The notes beneath the pieces are model-generated. The model did no database searches, was not told the DNA's origin, and saw only the letters and a program-made list of their open reading frames with translations. DNA of 64,000 nucleotides from a virus: positions 50,402 to 114,401 of IMG/VR virus record IMGVR_UViG_3300050343_000270. One strand, 5' to 3'. Shown here piece after piece: positions 40,851 through 51,711 of this stretch; position 1 is the first letter of the stretch, and each line of letters starts with the position of its first letter. A program made the translations under genes and the position numbers.

Positions 40851-42033
40851 AGTTACAGTAGGTATCGCAGGGATCTCGTTTGCTCTGGAAAGCAACCCCG
40901 ACTTAAAATACGAAAAGATAGAAGAAGGATCTTCAATGGAGCTAATTGCAGAGCCAACTAATAGTTTTGACAGCAAGGCTATACGTTTAGAATACAAGGG
41001 TCTAAAGTTAGGTTATGTTCCTAGAAAAAAAGAGGGGGTATCTTTTGTCATTCAGTCATGGTGTCATGAAAATTTTAACTCTGTTACCGCTAAAGTAGAG
41101 CAAGTCTGGTATAAGAAAGATGGTGTCGTTGATTCAGAACATTCTGAAGGATCTGAGATAATCGGTGTTGATGTGTGTTTTAACATACCAAAAGAAGCCT
41201 ATCCATCAACAGATGTAATTATTACAAAACATTCTTTTTCTGAGCCTAATGTGATTGTTGATTTTAATGATACTCAGCATATTTACAATATGCGTTGTGA
41301 AAACGGCGAGTATAAAGTGCTTCAGGGAGGCACTACATTCATTAAACGATTTTTTAAACCATTTGATGCAGAAAGAATATCTCGTCAATGCTCTCGGTAT
41401 TGGGGAGTCCCTGCTGAAGAAATATCAGAAATGTGGAACTCTAACGGCATGGTCGCCGCTGGATTTGGAACAGTTGTTCACGCCGCTTTGGAACATTATA
41501 TCAACTTTGAAAAATCTGGTAAAATCATAACCGATGCTCGTAAGAAATCAGGCAAGGGCAATAACGAAAATTACGCCATGCCTAAGCATCCTTTTTTAAA
41601 GCAAACAATTAAATCTTTGCGTAGGATTACAAACAAGCTCGACAAAGAACATAACGCGGAAGAAATTGTTGCGGAAGCACTTATCACAGACTCTGCTACG
41701 GGCTGGGGCGGTTTGGTAGATCGACTCTGTGTCATAGACTCGAAGAAAAAAATAGCTAGAATTCAAGATTATAAAGTTAACATCAATGCTGAAGTTATTG
41801 AGTCTCATAGCAAACCGCTACCTCCGTTTAATAATATGCCAGCCAACAAGCTGACTAAATATGCTCTTCAGATGAGTTTTTATGGAGGGCTTCTGCAAAA
41901 GCATGGTTGGACTATTGATGGGTTGGATGTTTTTATATTTGAAGACAAGTGGGTTCACCATGAACTTCCTATAGTGGATTTTTCGGTATTAAAAAATAAA
42001 AAAAAAGAACTAAAGCAGGGTAACTTACTCTAG
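40843..42033 (+). CDS. HIRAN domain + PD-(D/E)XK exonuclease fusion
   Basis: Start MTKVTV; EPTNSFDSKAI...LGYVP (HIRAN); GTVVHAALEHY, GLVDRL, DYKV, YALQMSFY. Confidence 0.75.
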   Translation: MTKVTVGIAGISFALESNPDLKYEKIEEGSSMELIAEPTNSFDSKAIRLEYKGLKLGYVPRKKEGVSFVIQSWCHENFNSVTAKVEQVWYKKDGVVDSEHSEGSEIIGVDVCFNIPKEAYPSTDVIITKHSFSEPNVIVDFNDTQHIYNMRCENGEYKVLQGGTTFIKRFFKPFDAERISRQCSRYWGVPAEEISEMWNSNGMVAAGFGTVVHAALEHYINFEKSGKIITDARKKSGKGNNENYAMPKHPFLKQTIKSLRRITNKLDKEHNAEEIVAEALITDSATGWGGLVDRLCVIDSKKKIARIQDYKVNINAEVIESHSKPLPPFNNMPANKLTKYALQMSFYGGLLQKHGWTIDGLDVFIFEDKWVHHELPIVDFSVLKNKKKELKQGNLL

Positions 42034-42070
42034 CTTTACATTGTGCTAATTTTATAATTAGTTTTCTGTC

Positions 42071-42099
42071 TTGACTTGTTTGTCATTATATCCTATATT
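42071..42099 (+). promoter_or_regulatory. Sigma70-type promoter upstream of the polymerase genes
   Basis: TTGACT-17 nt-TATATT. Confidence 0.55.
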
Positions 42100-42119
42100 C
42101 TCGTTCATAGGATATTATT

Positions 42120-42824
42120 ATGTTACCTTTGTTTAAAACCCAGTTCAGTGTCGGCAAATCGATATTAACTATCGACCATATTCTTGAATTAGCTAAAGAA
42201 GCTGATCTTGATCAGCTTTGTGTTGTTGAGGACAACTTTTATGGCTTTCGCGAACTTAATCAAAAATGCCTTGAACAAGAAATCAAACTTGTTTTCGGCA
42301 TCAGACTGCCCGTTATTTCTGATTCTTTTGATGAAAACGAGCGTTTTAGCAAGCTGGTTTTTTTTGCTAAAAACAACCAAGGTTTGCGAGACATAAAAAA
42401 TCTTTATACAAACACCTATACAAGTGAATCGAGTGTCTTGGCGTTCTCTGAAACAAAAGACAAACTACAGAACATTAGAGTCGGTGTCCCATTCTACGAT
42501 TCCTTCGTCTACAACAATGTTTTTCATTTTGGGATGAGTAATATCGACTTGGATGGCGTTGATCATTTTTATATGGTTGAGGATAACAACCACCCGTTTG
42601 ATTTTCAAATTAATCGCACACTTGACAAATTAAAAATCAACAATAAAACTTTAGTCAAAACCATTTGCTACGAAAACAGAGAAGACTTCAAAGCGTTTCA
42701 AATGCTTCGCGCCGTTTGCTCCCGCTCTCAAGGCAAAAGCCCAACCTTTGGCAACCCTAACCTAAACCATTTTTGCTCTCAAGAATTTTGTTGGCAAAGC
42801 TGGAAAGAACAATCCAATGCTTAA
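42120..42824 (+). CDS. Stand-alone PHP domain of DNA Pol III alpha (metal ligands lost)
   Basis: FKTQFSVGKSIL...IKLVFG...LVFFAKNNQGLRDI matches the DnaE N-terminus. Confidence 0.75.
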   Translation: MLPLFKTQFSVGKSILTIDHILELAKEADLDQLCVVEDNFYGFRELNQKCLEQEIKLVFGIRLPVISDSFDENERFSKLVFFAKNNQGLRDIKNLYTNTYTSESSVLAFSETKDKLQNIRVGVPFYDSFVYNNVFHFGMSNIDLDGVDHFYMVEDNNHPFDFQINRTLDKLKINNKTLVKTICYENREDFKAFQMLRAVCSRSQGKSPTFGNPNLNHFCSQEFCWQSWKEQSNA

Positions 42825-43435
42825 ATACGACCAAAAATATATTGTCTTTGACACAGAAACAGAAGGTTTTGAATCTTTGTTATTCTCGACCTTGGCAGAT
42901 TTCATGGGTGGAGGCTCAAGGTAAAAAAATAATCTCTGAACACGATCTTTATGTTGATTATGACGACTTAAATCTTTCTCCGATGATTAAAAAGATGACT
43001 GGCTTTAGTGACGCAAAATACAACAGGGAGAAACAACCCTTGGCTGATGTGTGGGAAGCCTTGAAAAAATATCTTTTAAATCCCGAATACATAGTGGTTG
43101 GTCAAAACCTGTTGGGGTTTGATGTTTATATGGTCGCGATTATGCAGAACATGTTGGGGGAGACTCCAGACTATAGCTACTTGGATCGTATTTACGACAC
43201 ACGCGCTTTGGGCAGGGCATACCGAGAAGACATTCGGAAACCAAGCTCAGACTTCTTAGCGTGGCAATATAAGCTCATGCATCAGCGCGGAGCAAGGGGA
43301 AAGAGTGTTAGTCAGTTGCAGTTACTGAAGCTGTTTGGCATTGACTTTAATGAAAAGTTGTTGCATAATTCTCTCTACGACACAAAGATGTGCTTCGAGG
43401 TGTTTTTAAAATTGAAGAAAGCATTAGAACTATAG
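42817..43435 (+). CDS. DEDDh 3'-5' exonuclease (DnaQ/epsilon-like); extra T near 42866-42870
   Basis: Corrected N-terminus MLKYDQKYIVFDTETEGLNL (ExoI); GQNLLGFD (ExoII); HNSLYD (ExoIII). Confidence 0.8.
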
Positions 43436-43509
43436 TGAGCATTCAATGATCATTTGCCTTAGATAAAGAAATAGAGATAACCAATAAAAAATTCAGAATT
43501 ACCCAAATA

Positions 43510-46077
43510 ATGTTTAAAGACTTTACTATTTATGATTGCGTAGAACCAGCGGGTGTTGAGCTTCCTCAGACTCCCTGTAGATGAATCCGTTCTTGAAGAA
43601 TTGGATCTTAAAAAAGGCAGTTCGAATTACGAAATTGTTCGTAAGCTTTGTTATCAGGGTATGGTCGCAAAGGGTCTAGAAAAAGAGAAAAACTATATTG
43701 ATCGCGTTAAGTTTGAATTAAACACCCTCAATACGCTTGGGTTCATTGATTATATTTTATTGAATTGGGATGTGATTAACTTCTGTCATGATAACGACAT
43801 CCCTGTCGGTGGAGGTCGCGGAAGTGCGGCGGGTTCTCTTGTCTTGTTTCTTTTGGGTGTAACGGACATTGATCCAATCCCACATGGTTTATTTTTTGAG
43901 CGATTTGTTTCCAAGAGTCGAGCGCGTAAAGTGACAGACAGTAACGGCAAAGAGTTTCTTGTTGGTAGTGTTCTTCCAGATATCGATAATGATATTTCTT
44001 ATGAGAAGCGAGGGAAGGTAATCGAATATATTGAAAAAACTCACGCTGGTCGCACCGCTAAAATACTAACCTTCAATACCTTCAGTTCTAAGCTTTGTAT
44101 TCGCGAGGCGACAAAATATTTCGATGAAGCTAAAGAAGACGAAGCTAAAAATGTTAGTGACTTAATACCTAAGTTACACGGTCAAGTTTTATCCCTAAAG
44201 AACGCTAGGGAAGAAAGCGAGAAATTTGATGAGTGGTGTTCTTCTCATAGAACAACTATTGAAAACGCCATAGCTATAGAAAACCTAATAAAAAACACAG
44301 GTGTTCACCCATCTGGTATTGCAATTTGCAGTCAGAATATTGAAGATGTAGTTCCTCTACAGCTAACGAAAGATGGCGACTTGGTTACAGGCTACAATAT
44401 GCATGACGTTGCTGATCTTATGGTTAAGTTTGATATACTTGGCTTGAGAACTCTAACAATTGCTCACAAAACATGTCAGAAGCTTGGTATAAAATTAGAA
44501 GATATTGACCCTAACGACTTTAATATTTACAGGGTTTTGCAGGATTTCAATCACCCAGTGGGTCTGTTCCAGATTTCTGCTGATACCAACTTTCAAGTTT
44601 GCCAAGATGTTAAACCAATTGACCTGAATGAACTATCTGACGTTGTAGCTCTTGCTCGCCCGTCCAGCCTTCAATTTGTTGAAGATTACATTAGGCAGAA
44701 AAGATCTCCCGAAGAGTTGGGTATTGACCCCGTCATGGATGAACTTCTTCGTGAAAGTAAAAATGTATTTTTATATCAAGAAACCTTGATGCAATGTATT
44801 TCTCAAGTTTTTGGTTTTTCTCTACAAGATGCTGATGATGTTCGCAGGATTGTTGGTAAGAAAATGGTTGAAAAAATGCAACCTTGGAAAGAGAAAATTT
44901 ACAATGCCGCTCAAGAAAAGGGTATGGAAGAAAGAGTTGCTGATTTCTTCTGGTCAGCGTTGGAAGCCGCCGCGCACTATTCATTCAATAAATCTCACAG
45001 TTTCGCGTATGCAACCCTAGCGGCTAAGACTGTGTATCTTAAGTTCAACCACCCACAAGAGTTCTTCTTGAGCGTCTTGGAATCAGCAGAGTTTGAACCC
45101 GATCCCCTGCAAACTATTTCTTCAGTGAATCAAGAATTACCAGATTTTGGCATCAAACTTCTACCCCCCGATCTTTTTAAGTCAGGTTTAAATTTCCAGA
45201 TTGAGGGAGACGACATTCGATACGGCTTGAATAGTATTAAAGGTATTTCTCTGCGTTCTTTGAGGAGTCTTGTTTCATTTCGTGGCAATTCTTTTGACAA
45301 CAAGTATCACGCATTTGTTGCGGCGAAAGAATGCGGAATCAACATTTCTGTTCTTGCCGCTCTGATTCAAGCTGGAACGATGGACAGTAACACCGACAAT
45401 AGAATTCGTCTAGTTCTTGAGGCTCAATCATTTAACCTTCTAACAGACAGGGAGAAGAGAAATCTAGATAAGTTGGGAAATAAGTATAATTTTGATGTAT
45501 TGGATTCTATTGCTGATATCGTTGATAAGCAAGTTTTGGGTGATGACAATCGCCCGATTATGAAGCCAAGTCGATTTGAGACGTTCAAAAAGAAGTTTGA
45601 TAACTATCGAAGCATTTATAACGAAAACAAAAAACATCACAAATTTACTTATTGGTGGTATGAAAATTCCTTCTTGGCTACAGCTACTCTTTTGGTCTAA
45701 CAGATTGCTTTAGTGACGAGTATGGTATGTTGACAAACCTAAAAGAATCCAACAGTTTATCTCAGGGTTCTAGCTTTAAATGTGTTTGTCAGGTGAAAGA
45801 TTGCTTTACAAGAACTTCAAGGAATGGTAATAAGTATATGATGATTTTTGGTAGTGACAATACTAGTGATCATAAATTCTTATTAATGGATAATCGCAAC
45901 TCTGAAAACCTAACAGAATTCATAGAAGACAATCAAGACAAGCCCTTAAAGAAGGAGGATATAATTGTTGTTTTTGGCAGAAGAAGTGATAGTAATACAT
46001 CATTCGCTGAAAATATAAAAATAATAAATTCTTCCGTCCTCATGAAACTTGGAGACCTTAAAAAACATGGAACTTAA
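43510..46077 (+). CDS. dnaE: DNA polymerase III alpha catalytic core + OB fold (indels near 43574 and 45670)
   Basis: GRGSAAGSL, FERF, PDIDND, GVHPSG, KFDILGL, YSFNKSH; corrected junction WYENSLLGYSYSFGL joins the OB domain (TSRNGNKYM). Confidence 0.9.
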
Positions 46078-48402
46078 AAACTACCTACAACAGACAATCG
46101 GCATTTTTAACAAAAGCAAAGAAGCCGCCAAAAAACTTTCTTTCAAAAGCGTAGATATAGAACTATTTTCGGCTATATTCTTCTCTAATTTTAATCTTGG
46201 TTGTGCAACGATTGTTGGAGATTCTGATCTCATGAATGAATTGTCAAAGACTTCGTTTTTAAATCTTGAGCGCAAAAAACAATACAAGGATTATGATAAA
46301 GAGATTAAGTTCACCCCAAAACTAAAAAAGTTTTTGGCGCACTGTGAAGATATTTCTTTTAATATTTTCAACCTCGATTACGTCGCTCCAGAGGTTATCT
46401 TCCTTGGTTTTTTAGATTACAATTTCTCCACCCCCGCAATCAAAAGTTTCTTTTTTGAAGGTGGTTTGCACAATGATACTGCTGAAGATTTAATTTACAG
46501 GACAACAGCGTATTTGAAAGACGAAGATACAGAATTATTTTCACCAAAACCGTTTCTTGAGGATACGGAACTCCAAGAACAGCCCGAACAGCTTCAAGTT
46601 CTTGACATGTTTAACGACAATGATGTTTTGTCGCAGTTTGCTGAGAATTTAAACATAAAGGCTGTAAGCGGTGATTTTGACGCTGTTATTGATTTCGACG
46701 GAAAGATAGAAGAGCTTGCTACCATTCTATGCAGGAAAAAGAAACCTAATGCTATTTTGGTCGGACCTGCTGGATGTGGAAAAACTAGTGTGGTTGAGGG
46801 TCTTGCATCTTCTATTGTTAATGGAAAAGCCCCAGAGTTACTTTCTAACAAGGTTATTTATTCTTTGAGTCTTTCTAGTATGGTTGCTGGCACACAGTAT
46901 CGTGGTCAGTTTGAAGAACGTCTAGAGAACTTTGTGAATGAAATGAAGAAGTATGACAACCTCATTCTCTTTATTGATGAAATACATACTCTTGTTGGTG
47001 CGGGAGGATCTCAAGAAAACTCTCTTGAAGCTTCTAACATACTTAAGCCAGAATTAGCTCGTGGAACTATTAGTTGCATTGGGGCTACCACAATTAATGA
47101 ATATACTCAGACTATCAAGAAAGACAGTGCTTTGGATCGTCGATTTGAGCGTGTTACAATTAGAGAGCCTTCCAAGTTTCAAATGAATAAAATTCTGCCA
47201 TGTCTTATTGAGTTTTACGAGGAATTTCACAATGTTAAATATTCAAAATCTTTTTTGGGCAACGTTATCGAATACTGCGAAAGATTTATGCCTAATAAAT
47301 GTTATCCAGACAAAGCCGTGGATGTTATCGACCATTGCGGCGCTCAGGCTAAGGTTGAATTTTGGAGTATGGATGGTGATATCAAAACACTTAAGAACCA
47401 AATCATTCAAGAAGATGGCGACAGCACAGAAGATCTTTTTGCAGAGTTTGAGTCCAAGTTCTCTGATTGGGTGGCTGACAAACAAAAAGAACCCGCTCAA
47501 GTAACACTTAAACAATTAAAATCGTTTTTCGACAAGAAAGAAAACCCGCTAAACAAGAAGCATGTTATAGAATCTTTTTTCGATCACGCTAGATCTAATT
47601 TTGTGGGCAATAGAAAGCAAATCAAAAAACTAGAAAAGTCAATTAAGTTATCAAACTTGGGTTTTGAAAACTCTTCTGGAGGTATTCCAATTTTCTGCCT
47701 TAATGGGTTTAAACATAGCGGTAAGACAATGTTCACTAAACTGTTACAAGAGTCTCTGGAAATGAGTGGCGCGACCGTGTTATCTTACAATGGTGTTCAT
47801 TTCTCAGATCATTATGCTAACTACAAGATAGTCCCACAAATCCATAACAACACATCACTTTGTGAAAAGGTTTTGATTGAGCCAAACTGCGTAATTATTA
47901 TTGATGACTTCCATAAAATGAACGAGTCAACCCATTCATTGTTTACGGAGATATTTAAAGAAGGTAAAATATACATGAACTCTGGTGACGTAGCAGACTT
48001 CTCAAACTGTAAATTTTTCATAACAGGAGACACTCTGGAGGAAAAAAGCATGGGTTTTGCTGGGGGTCAGTCTCCACCCAAGTCTAAAAATCCGCCTCCA
48101 CTTTGTCTAAATACTTCTCAAGCAATATTTTTCTTGAAGAACTTACAGAGCGCGACTTGCGTAGAGTCCTGTGGAGCAATTAAAAAACATGAGCGACATT
48201 CTTTCAATGAATAATATCAAGCTCATATATGATTTTAAATTTATTAAAAAACTTTGTTCAAGGTGTTGATTTCAAAAACAACGCTTTACAATCTCTTAAC
48301 GATGAATTTGACCAAAAAATCAAACAGGCTGTGGCAAAAGAATCTCTCAGTGGAGAGAGCGAAATTCATCTAAAAAAACTATCAACAAAAAAGTTAAAAT
48401 AA
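46067..48402 (+). CDS. ClpA/ClpC-like AAA+ ATPase (C-terminus frameshifted near 48085-48190)
   Basis: RKKKPNAILVGPAGCGKT, AGTQYRGQFEERL, FIDEIH, DSALDRRF, PDKAVD; second module GFKHSGKT/IIDDFHK; SMGF loop; shifted frame ends at TAA 48402. Confidence 0.85.
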
Positions 48403-48415
48403 ATCAAAACAATTG

Positions 48416-48444
48416 TTGACTTTTAATTCAAAAACAGCTATCAT
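48416..48444 (+). promoter_or_regulatory. Sigma70-type promoter, near-leaderless
   Basis: TTGACT-17 nt-TATCAT, 6 nt before ATG 48451. Confidence 0.7.
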
Positions 48445-48450
48445 ACAAGC

Positions 48451-48660
48451 ATGAAGCAACTAAATAGAAAACAAAGATCGGCGTTAAATTCGATCCGAAA
48501 GTCAGGGGGTCGATTCTTCGGTCTATACACAACTCAAGGAGGTGTTATCAATGCTCAGTTTACCTCTGAGAGTCCTTTCTACATTGTTGTCCACGACCGC
48601 AATAGTGGACGCAGTCTCAAGCTGGCTAAGTCGAGCATTGAAAAAGTAACCCTTGGCTAA
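48451..48660 (+). CDS. Small basic hypothetical protein
   Basis: Own promoter upstream and hairpin downstream. Confidence 0.65.
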   Translation: MKQLNRKQRSALNSIRKSGGRFFGLYTTQGGVINAQFTSESPFYIVVHDRNSGRSLKLAKSSIEKVTLG

Positions 48661-48670
48661 AACTTAATAT

Positions 48671-48694
48671 AGTTGGGGGCGTAAGCCCCCAACT
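48671..48694 (+). terminator. Perfect hairpin (terminator or mRNA stabiliser)
   Basis: AGTTGGGGGC-GTAA-GCCCCCAACT, GNRA loop, weak U tract. Confidence 0.65.
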
Positions 48695-48704
48695 TTAACT
48701 TGTT

Positions 48705-48869
48705 ATGAGCGGCAAAAAAGCAAAAGAAATTCGCAGAGTGTTGCAGTATGATAAAAACAACTGTAACAGCATCCAGCGCAGAACCTACAATGTATTCAAA
48801 AAACATTATACATCTACACCATCAAATTATAAAGCAAGACTTATTGAAACCTTGAAAAACAAATATTAA
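48705..48869 (+). CDS. Small basic protein, 54 aa (absent from the ORF track)
   Basis: MSGKKAKEIRRVLQYDK...LKNKY*, fills the gap exactly. Confidence 0.6.
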   Translation: MSGKKAKEIRRVLQYDKNNCNSIQRRTYNVFKKHYTSTPSNYKARLIETLKNKY

Positions 48870-48870
48870 T

Positions 48871-49092
48871 ATGAGCAAATCAAATTGGAAAGAAAGAGAG
48901 TGCGGAAGTCTTTGGCGCAACGATGATGGAAACAAACAGTATTACTCTGGTTTTATTGAGGTTGACGGAAAACGTCAAAGGATAGTAATTTTCAGAAATG
49001 GGTTCAAGACAGACAATTCTTCTAAAGAGGCTGACTTGCGAATCTATATCAATAAAGAAGTAGATTCAAGTGCAAAACAAAAAGTAAATTAA
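48871..49092 (+). CDS. DUF736-like small protein
   Basis: GSLW...YYSGFI...IVIFRN..K...DLRIY. Confidence 0.5.
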   Translation: MSKSNWKERECGSLWRNDDGNKQYYSGFIEVDGKRQRIVIFRNGFKTDNSSKEADLRIYINKEVDSSAKQKVN

Positions 49093-49094
49093 TT

Positions 49095-49299
49095 ATGAGT
49101 GGTTCAAAAAATAACACAGATAGCGGCGAGGACAAAAAACTCTTGTCGGCACTTCATGCAAAAGTAATGGAGGACATTTCTTTTCAAGAAGCTGTCCATA
49201 TCGTCTCAAGTGTAGTCATGGGAAAAATTGTTGATGAAGTGTCTGAGATGTCGGAAGATCAAAAGTCTGAAACTTATAAAAGACCTTGGTCTAAATTAA
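49095..49299 (+). CDS. Hypothetical protein (extra A near 49278; likely ends TYKDLGLN*)
   Basis: Correcting one base places TAA at 49297-49299, directly before the GTGTAA of the next gene. Confidence 0.45.
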
Positions 49300-49315
49300 G
49301 TGTAAGCATTTGTAT

Positions 49316-49808
49316 ATGGACGTTGATTTCTCGTTAGAAGCCAGACAATTTTTAGAGGCGCACCCCAAAGAAAAACTTGAGGGTCTAAGTCTTGATGAGC
49401 GCGTGTCTAAACTTTTAGAAGCCAAGGCTAGGTTGCATAATGAACATTTTGATAAAAAAATAAGTTCAGAACAGTTGGAGACTGTTTTTTAATAGAGGTC
49501 AAGCTGTTACAGATTGGGTGTATTGCGCAAGTAAAAGCAACATGCAGTGGTCGTTTGCCCGTGTCAACAAATTCATATACATGCATCAAGATAAAAAAGT
49601 AGGCAAGTCTTACAGATGCGCTGACAGGGATATAGCAGAGGGTGAGTTAGAATACGAAACTGAAATGGCGGGTCAAGGCTACCATGATTATACTGATTTA
49701 GATTTTGCTGTTGCTCGTTTGGATTTAAAAAATATTCAAGTATCTGAAGATGAGTCAAACCGTAAAATAAAAGGTTTGCTGGGAATGAAGTTTGTCCAAG
49801 AAGATTAA
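49316..49808 (+). CDS. Paralogue of the central domain of 61923-63038 (extra T near 49485-49490)
   Basis: Corrected ...LETVFNRGQAV...QWSFARVNKF...KSYRCADRDIAEG; GTGTAA at 49300, 10 nt before ATG. Confidence 0.65.
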
Positions 49809-49810
49809 GT

Positions 49811-49839
49811 TTGGATTTTCTATGTTTTAACCTCATAAT
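49811..49839 (+). promoter_or_regulatory. Sigma70-type promoter, near-leaderless
   Basis: TTGGAT-17 nt-CATAAT, 5 nt before ATG 49845. Confidence 0.55.
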
Positions 49840-49844
49840 AAGTT

Positions 49845-50660
49845 ATGAGAGTTTTGGTAACAGGTAGCGAAGGTTTTATTGGTAAAAATTTATGCGAATT
49901 TTTAGCAAAACGCGGTATTGATGTAGAAGGTTGTGATTTAAAAAATGGTAGCAGGTTCAACCCAAACCTAAATGGTTTTGATGCGGTTATCCACTTAGCG
50001 GCAAACTCGTCAACCACCGAAACAAATATAGCTAAAATAATAAAAGAGAACTTTGAATTCTCTAAGGTTATATACAATCTTTGTTCTTCGAATAACATAA
50101 AATTTCAGTATTCTAGCAGTGCTAGTGTTTACGGGAACAGTAAGACCTTTCAAGAAGACCAGTTTTGTTCTCCGCTTAACCCTTACGGATTCAGCAAGTA
50201 TATGTTTGATTGCTGGCTTTTAAATTCAACACATCCGTATCAGGGTCTACGTTATTTTAATGTTTATGGAAAACACGAAGAACACAAGGGCGATCAAGCT
50301 AGCCCAATCCACAAATTTTCACAGCAAGCTCAAAAAAACGGCAAAATAAAAGTTTTTAAAAACAGCGAAAAGATGAAAAGAGATTTTGTTTGTGTCGAAG
50401 ATGTTTGTGAGGCTCATTACAGGCTACTGCATTCTGATGCTAGTGGGGTTTTCAATGTCGGCACGGGTTCAAATATATCTTTTCTTGATGTAGCTAATAT
50501 TTTTTGCGATAAGTATGGGGCTACAATTGAAACAATTAAAATGCCTAAACAGCTAAAACAACACTATCAATATAAAACAAAATCCGACAATACTAGACTA
50601 ATAGATGCTATTGGAGATATTGAATGGAGGTCAGTAGAAGAGTATGTGAAAAAAATATGA
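49845..50660 (+). CDS. hldD: ADP-L-glycero-D-manno-heptose 6-epimerase
   Basis: TGSEGFIG, SSTTE, YSSSASVYG, PLNPYGFSK, GLRYFNVYG.HEEHKG..AS, RDFV, YQYKT. Confidence 0.85.
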   Translation: MRVLVTGSEGFIGKNLCEFLAKRGIDVEGCDLKNGSRFNPNLNGFDAVIHLAANSSTTETNIAKIIKENFEFSKVIYNLCSSNNIKFQYSSSASVYGNSKTFQEDQFCSPLNPYGFSKYMFDCWLLNSTHPYQGLRYFNVYGKHEEHKGDQASPIHKFSQQAQKNGKIKVFKNSEKMKRDFVCVEDVCEAHYRLLHSDASGVFNVGTGSNISFLDVANIFCDKYGATIETIKMPKQLKQHYQYKTKSDNTRLIDAIGDIEWRSVEEYVKKI

Positions 50661-50696
50661 CATAATAGATACAATATAAGTGTAAAAATGTTCATA

Positions 50697-51014
50697 ATGG
50701 ACTTTAAACTTTTGTTACGAGAATTTCTTTGTGAGGGTGGGTGGCTTGTTCCTGTTGTCGGAGCTTTTGGTATGCTAGCCAGAATTATGATCGACCCCAA
50801 CAAGCATTCTCTTTTCTCTCTCTTTAGAAAAATCTTCAGTGCGGCTATATCCAGTGGTATTGCTTGGTTTATTTTAAACGGCGCTCCTTTCTCTGATTTT
50901 ACAAAAGCTATATGTTATGGTGTGATTGGTGTTGTTAGTCCAGAAATCATTCAAGGTTTAATCGCTCTTGCTAAAAAATTTGAAAAAAACCCTTCTAAGT
51001 TTATAAAAAAATGA
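50697..51014 (+). CDS. Putative holin
   Basis: Three hydrophobic segments, basic C-terminus, coupled to the endolysin; GTGTAA at 50680, 11 nt before ATG 50697. Confidence 0.7.
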   Translation: MDFKLLLREFLCEGGWLVPVVGAFGMLARIMIDPNKHSLFSLFRKIFSAAISSGIAWFILNGAPFSDFTKAICYGVIGVVSPEIIQGLIALAKKFEKNPSKFIKK

Positions 51015-51679
51015 GTTTATTTTCGTGGATAAAAAATCTTTTCTCTAAAAAACAAAAAAGGGAGGTAAAAGATATATATATTCTTTCCGAAAAATCACTA
51101 AAACTCATTCTTCAATATGAGGTTGGGAATAAAGGTTATTATAATCGTTTTTTAGACCATCCAACTTACCCACAGGCTTCCAGCGGTGTCACAATTGGCA
51201 TCGGCTATGATTTAGGTTACAATTCAGCCGAAACTGTCAAAAAAGACTGGAAGAACTTCCTTTCTAAAAATGATTTAAAACGAATTACTTCTGTTGTTGG
51301 TTACAGAGGTGGTGTTGCCGAGTCACACGCGAAACGTATATCGGATATAACGATACCTTGGGATTCCGCTGTTCAGGTTTTCCAAGAAACAACTGTTCCA
51401 AAATTTATAAATTACACACTCAAAGCTTTCCCACAATGCGAGGATCTTCATCCTGATGCTTTTGGAGCGCTTGTTTCTATTGTTTTTAATAGAGGTGCTT
51501 CCATGAAGGGTTCTAGACGCTCTGAAATGCGCAATATTCGCTCTCTTGTCCTACAAAAAGACTACAAGTCTATCGCTCGTGAAATACGCTCCATGAAGCG
51601 TATATGGCGAGGAAAAGGCTTAGATGGCTTACTCAAGCGTCGAGAAGCTGAAGCGATATTAGTTGAATCTTGTATTTGA
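51011..51679 (+). CDS. Endolysin (lysozyme-fold, GH24/pesticin-like)
   Basis: YEVG...SGVTIGIGYDLG; ALVSIVFNRG; GLLKRREAEA. Confidence 0.82.
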   Translation: MSLFSWIKNLFSKKQKREVKDIYILSEKSLKLILQYEVGNKGYYNRFLDHPTYPQASSGVTIGIGYDLGYNSAETVKKDWKNFLSKNDLKRITSVVGYRGGVAESHAKRISDITIPWDSAVQVFQETTVPKFINYTLKAFPQCEDLHPDAFGALVSIVFNRGASMKGSRRSEMRNIRSLVLQKDYKSIAREIRSMKRIWRGKGLDGLLKRREAEAILVESCI

Positions 51680-51711
51680 CATTTGCTTAAAATTGTTTTA
51701 TTATAATTAAC

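Noticed and set aside
43436-45726. Split intein or intron in dnaE
   Set aside because: No intein terminal motifs or inserted sequence; the breaks are repaired by single-base corrections
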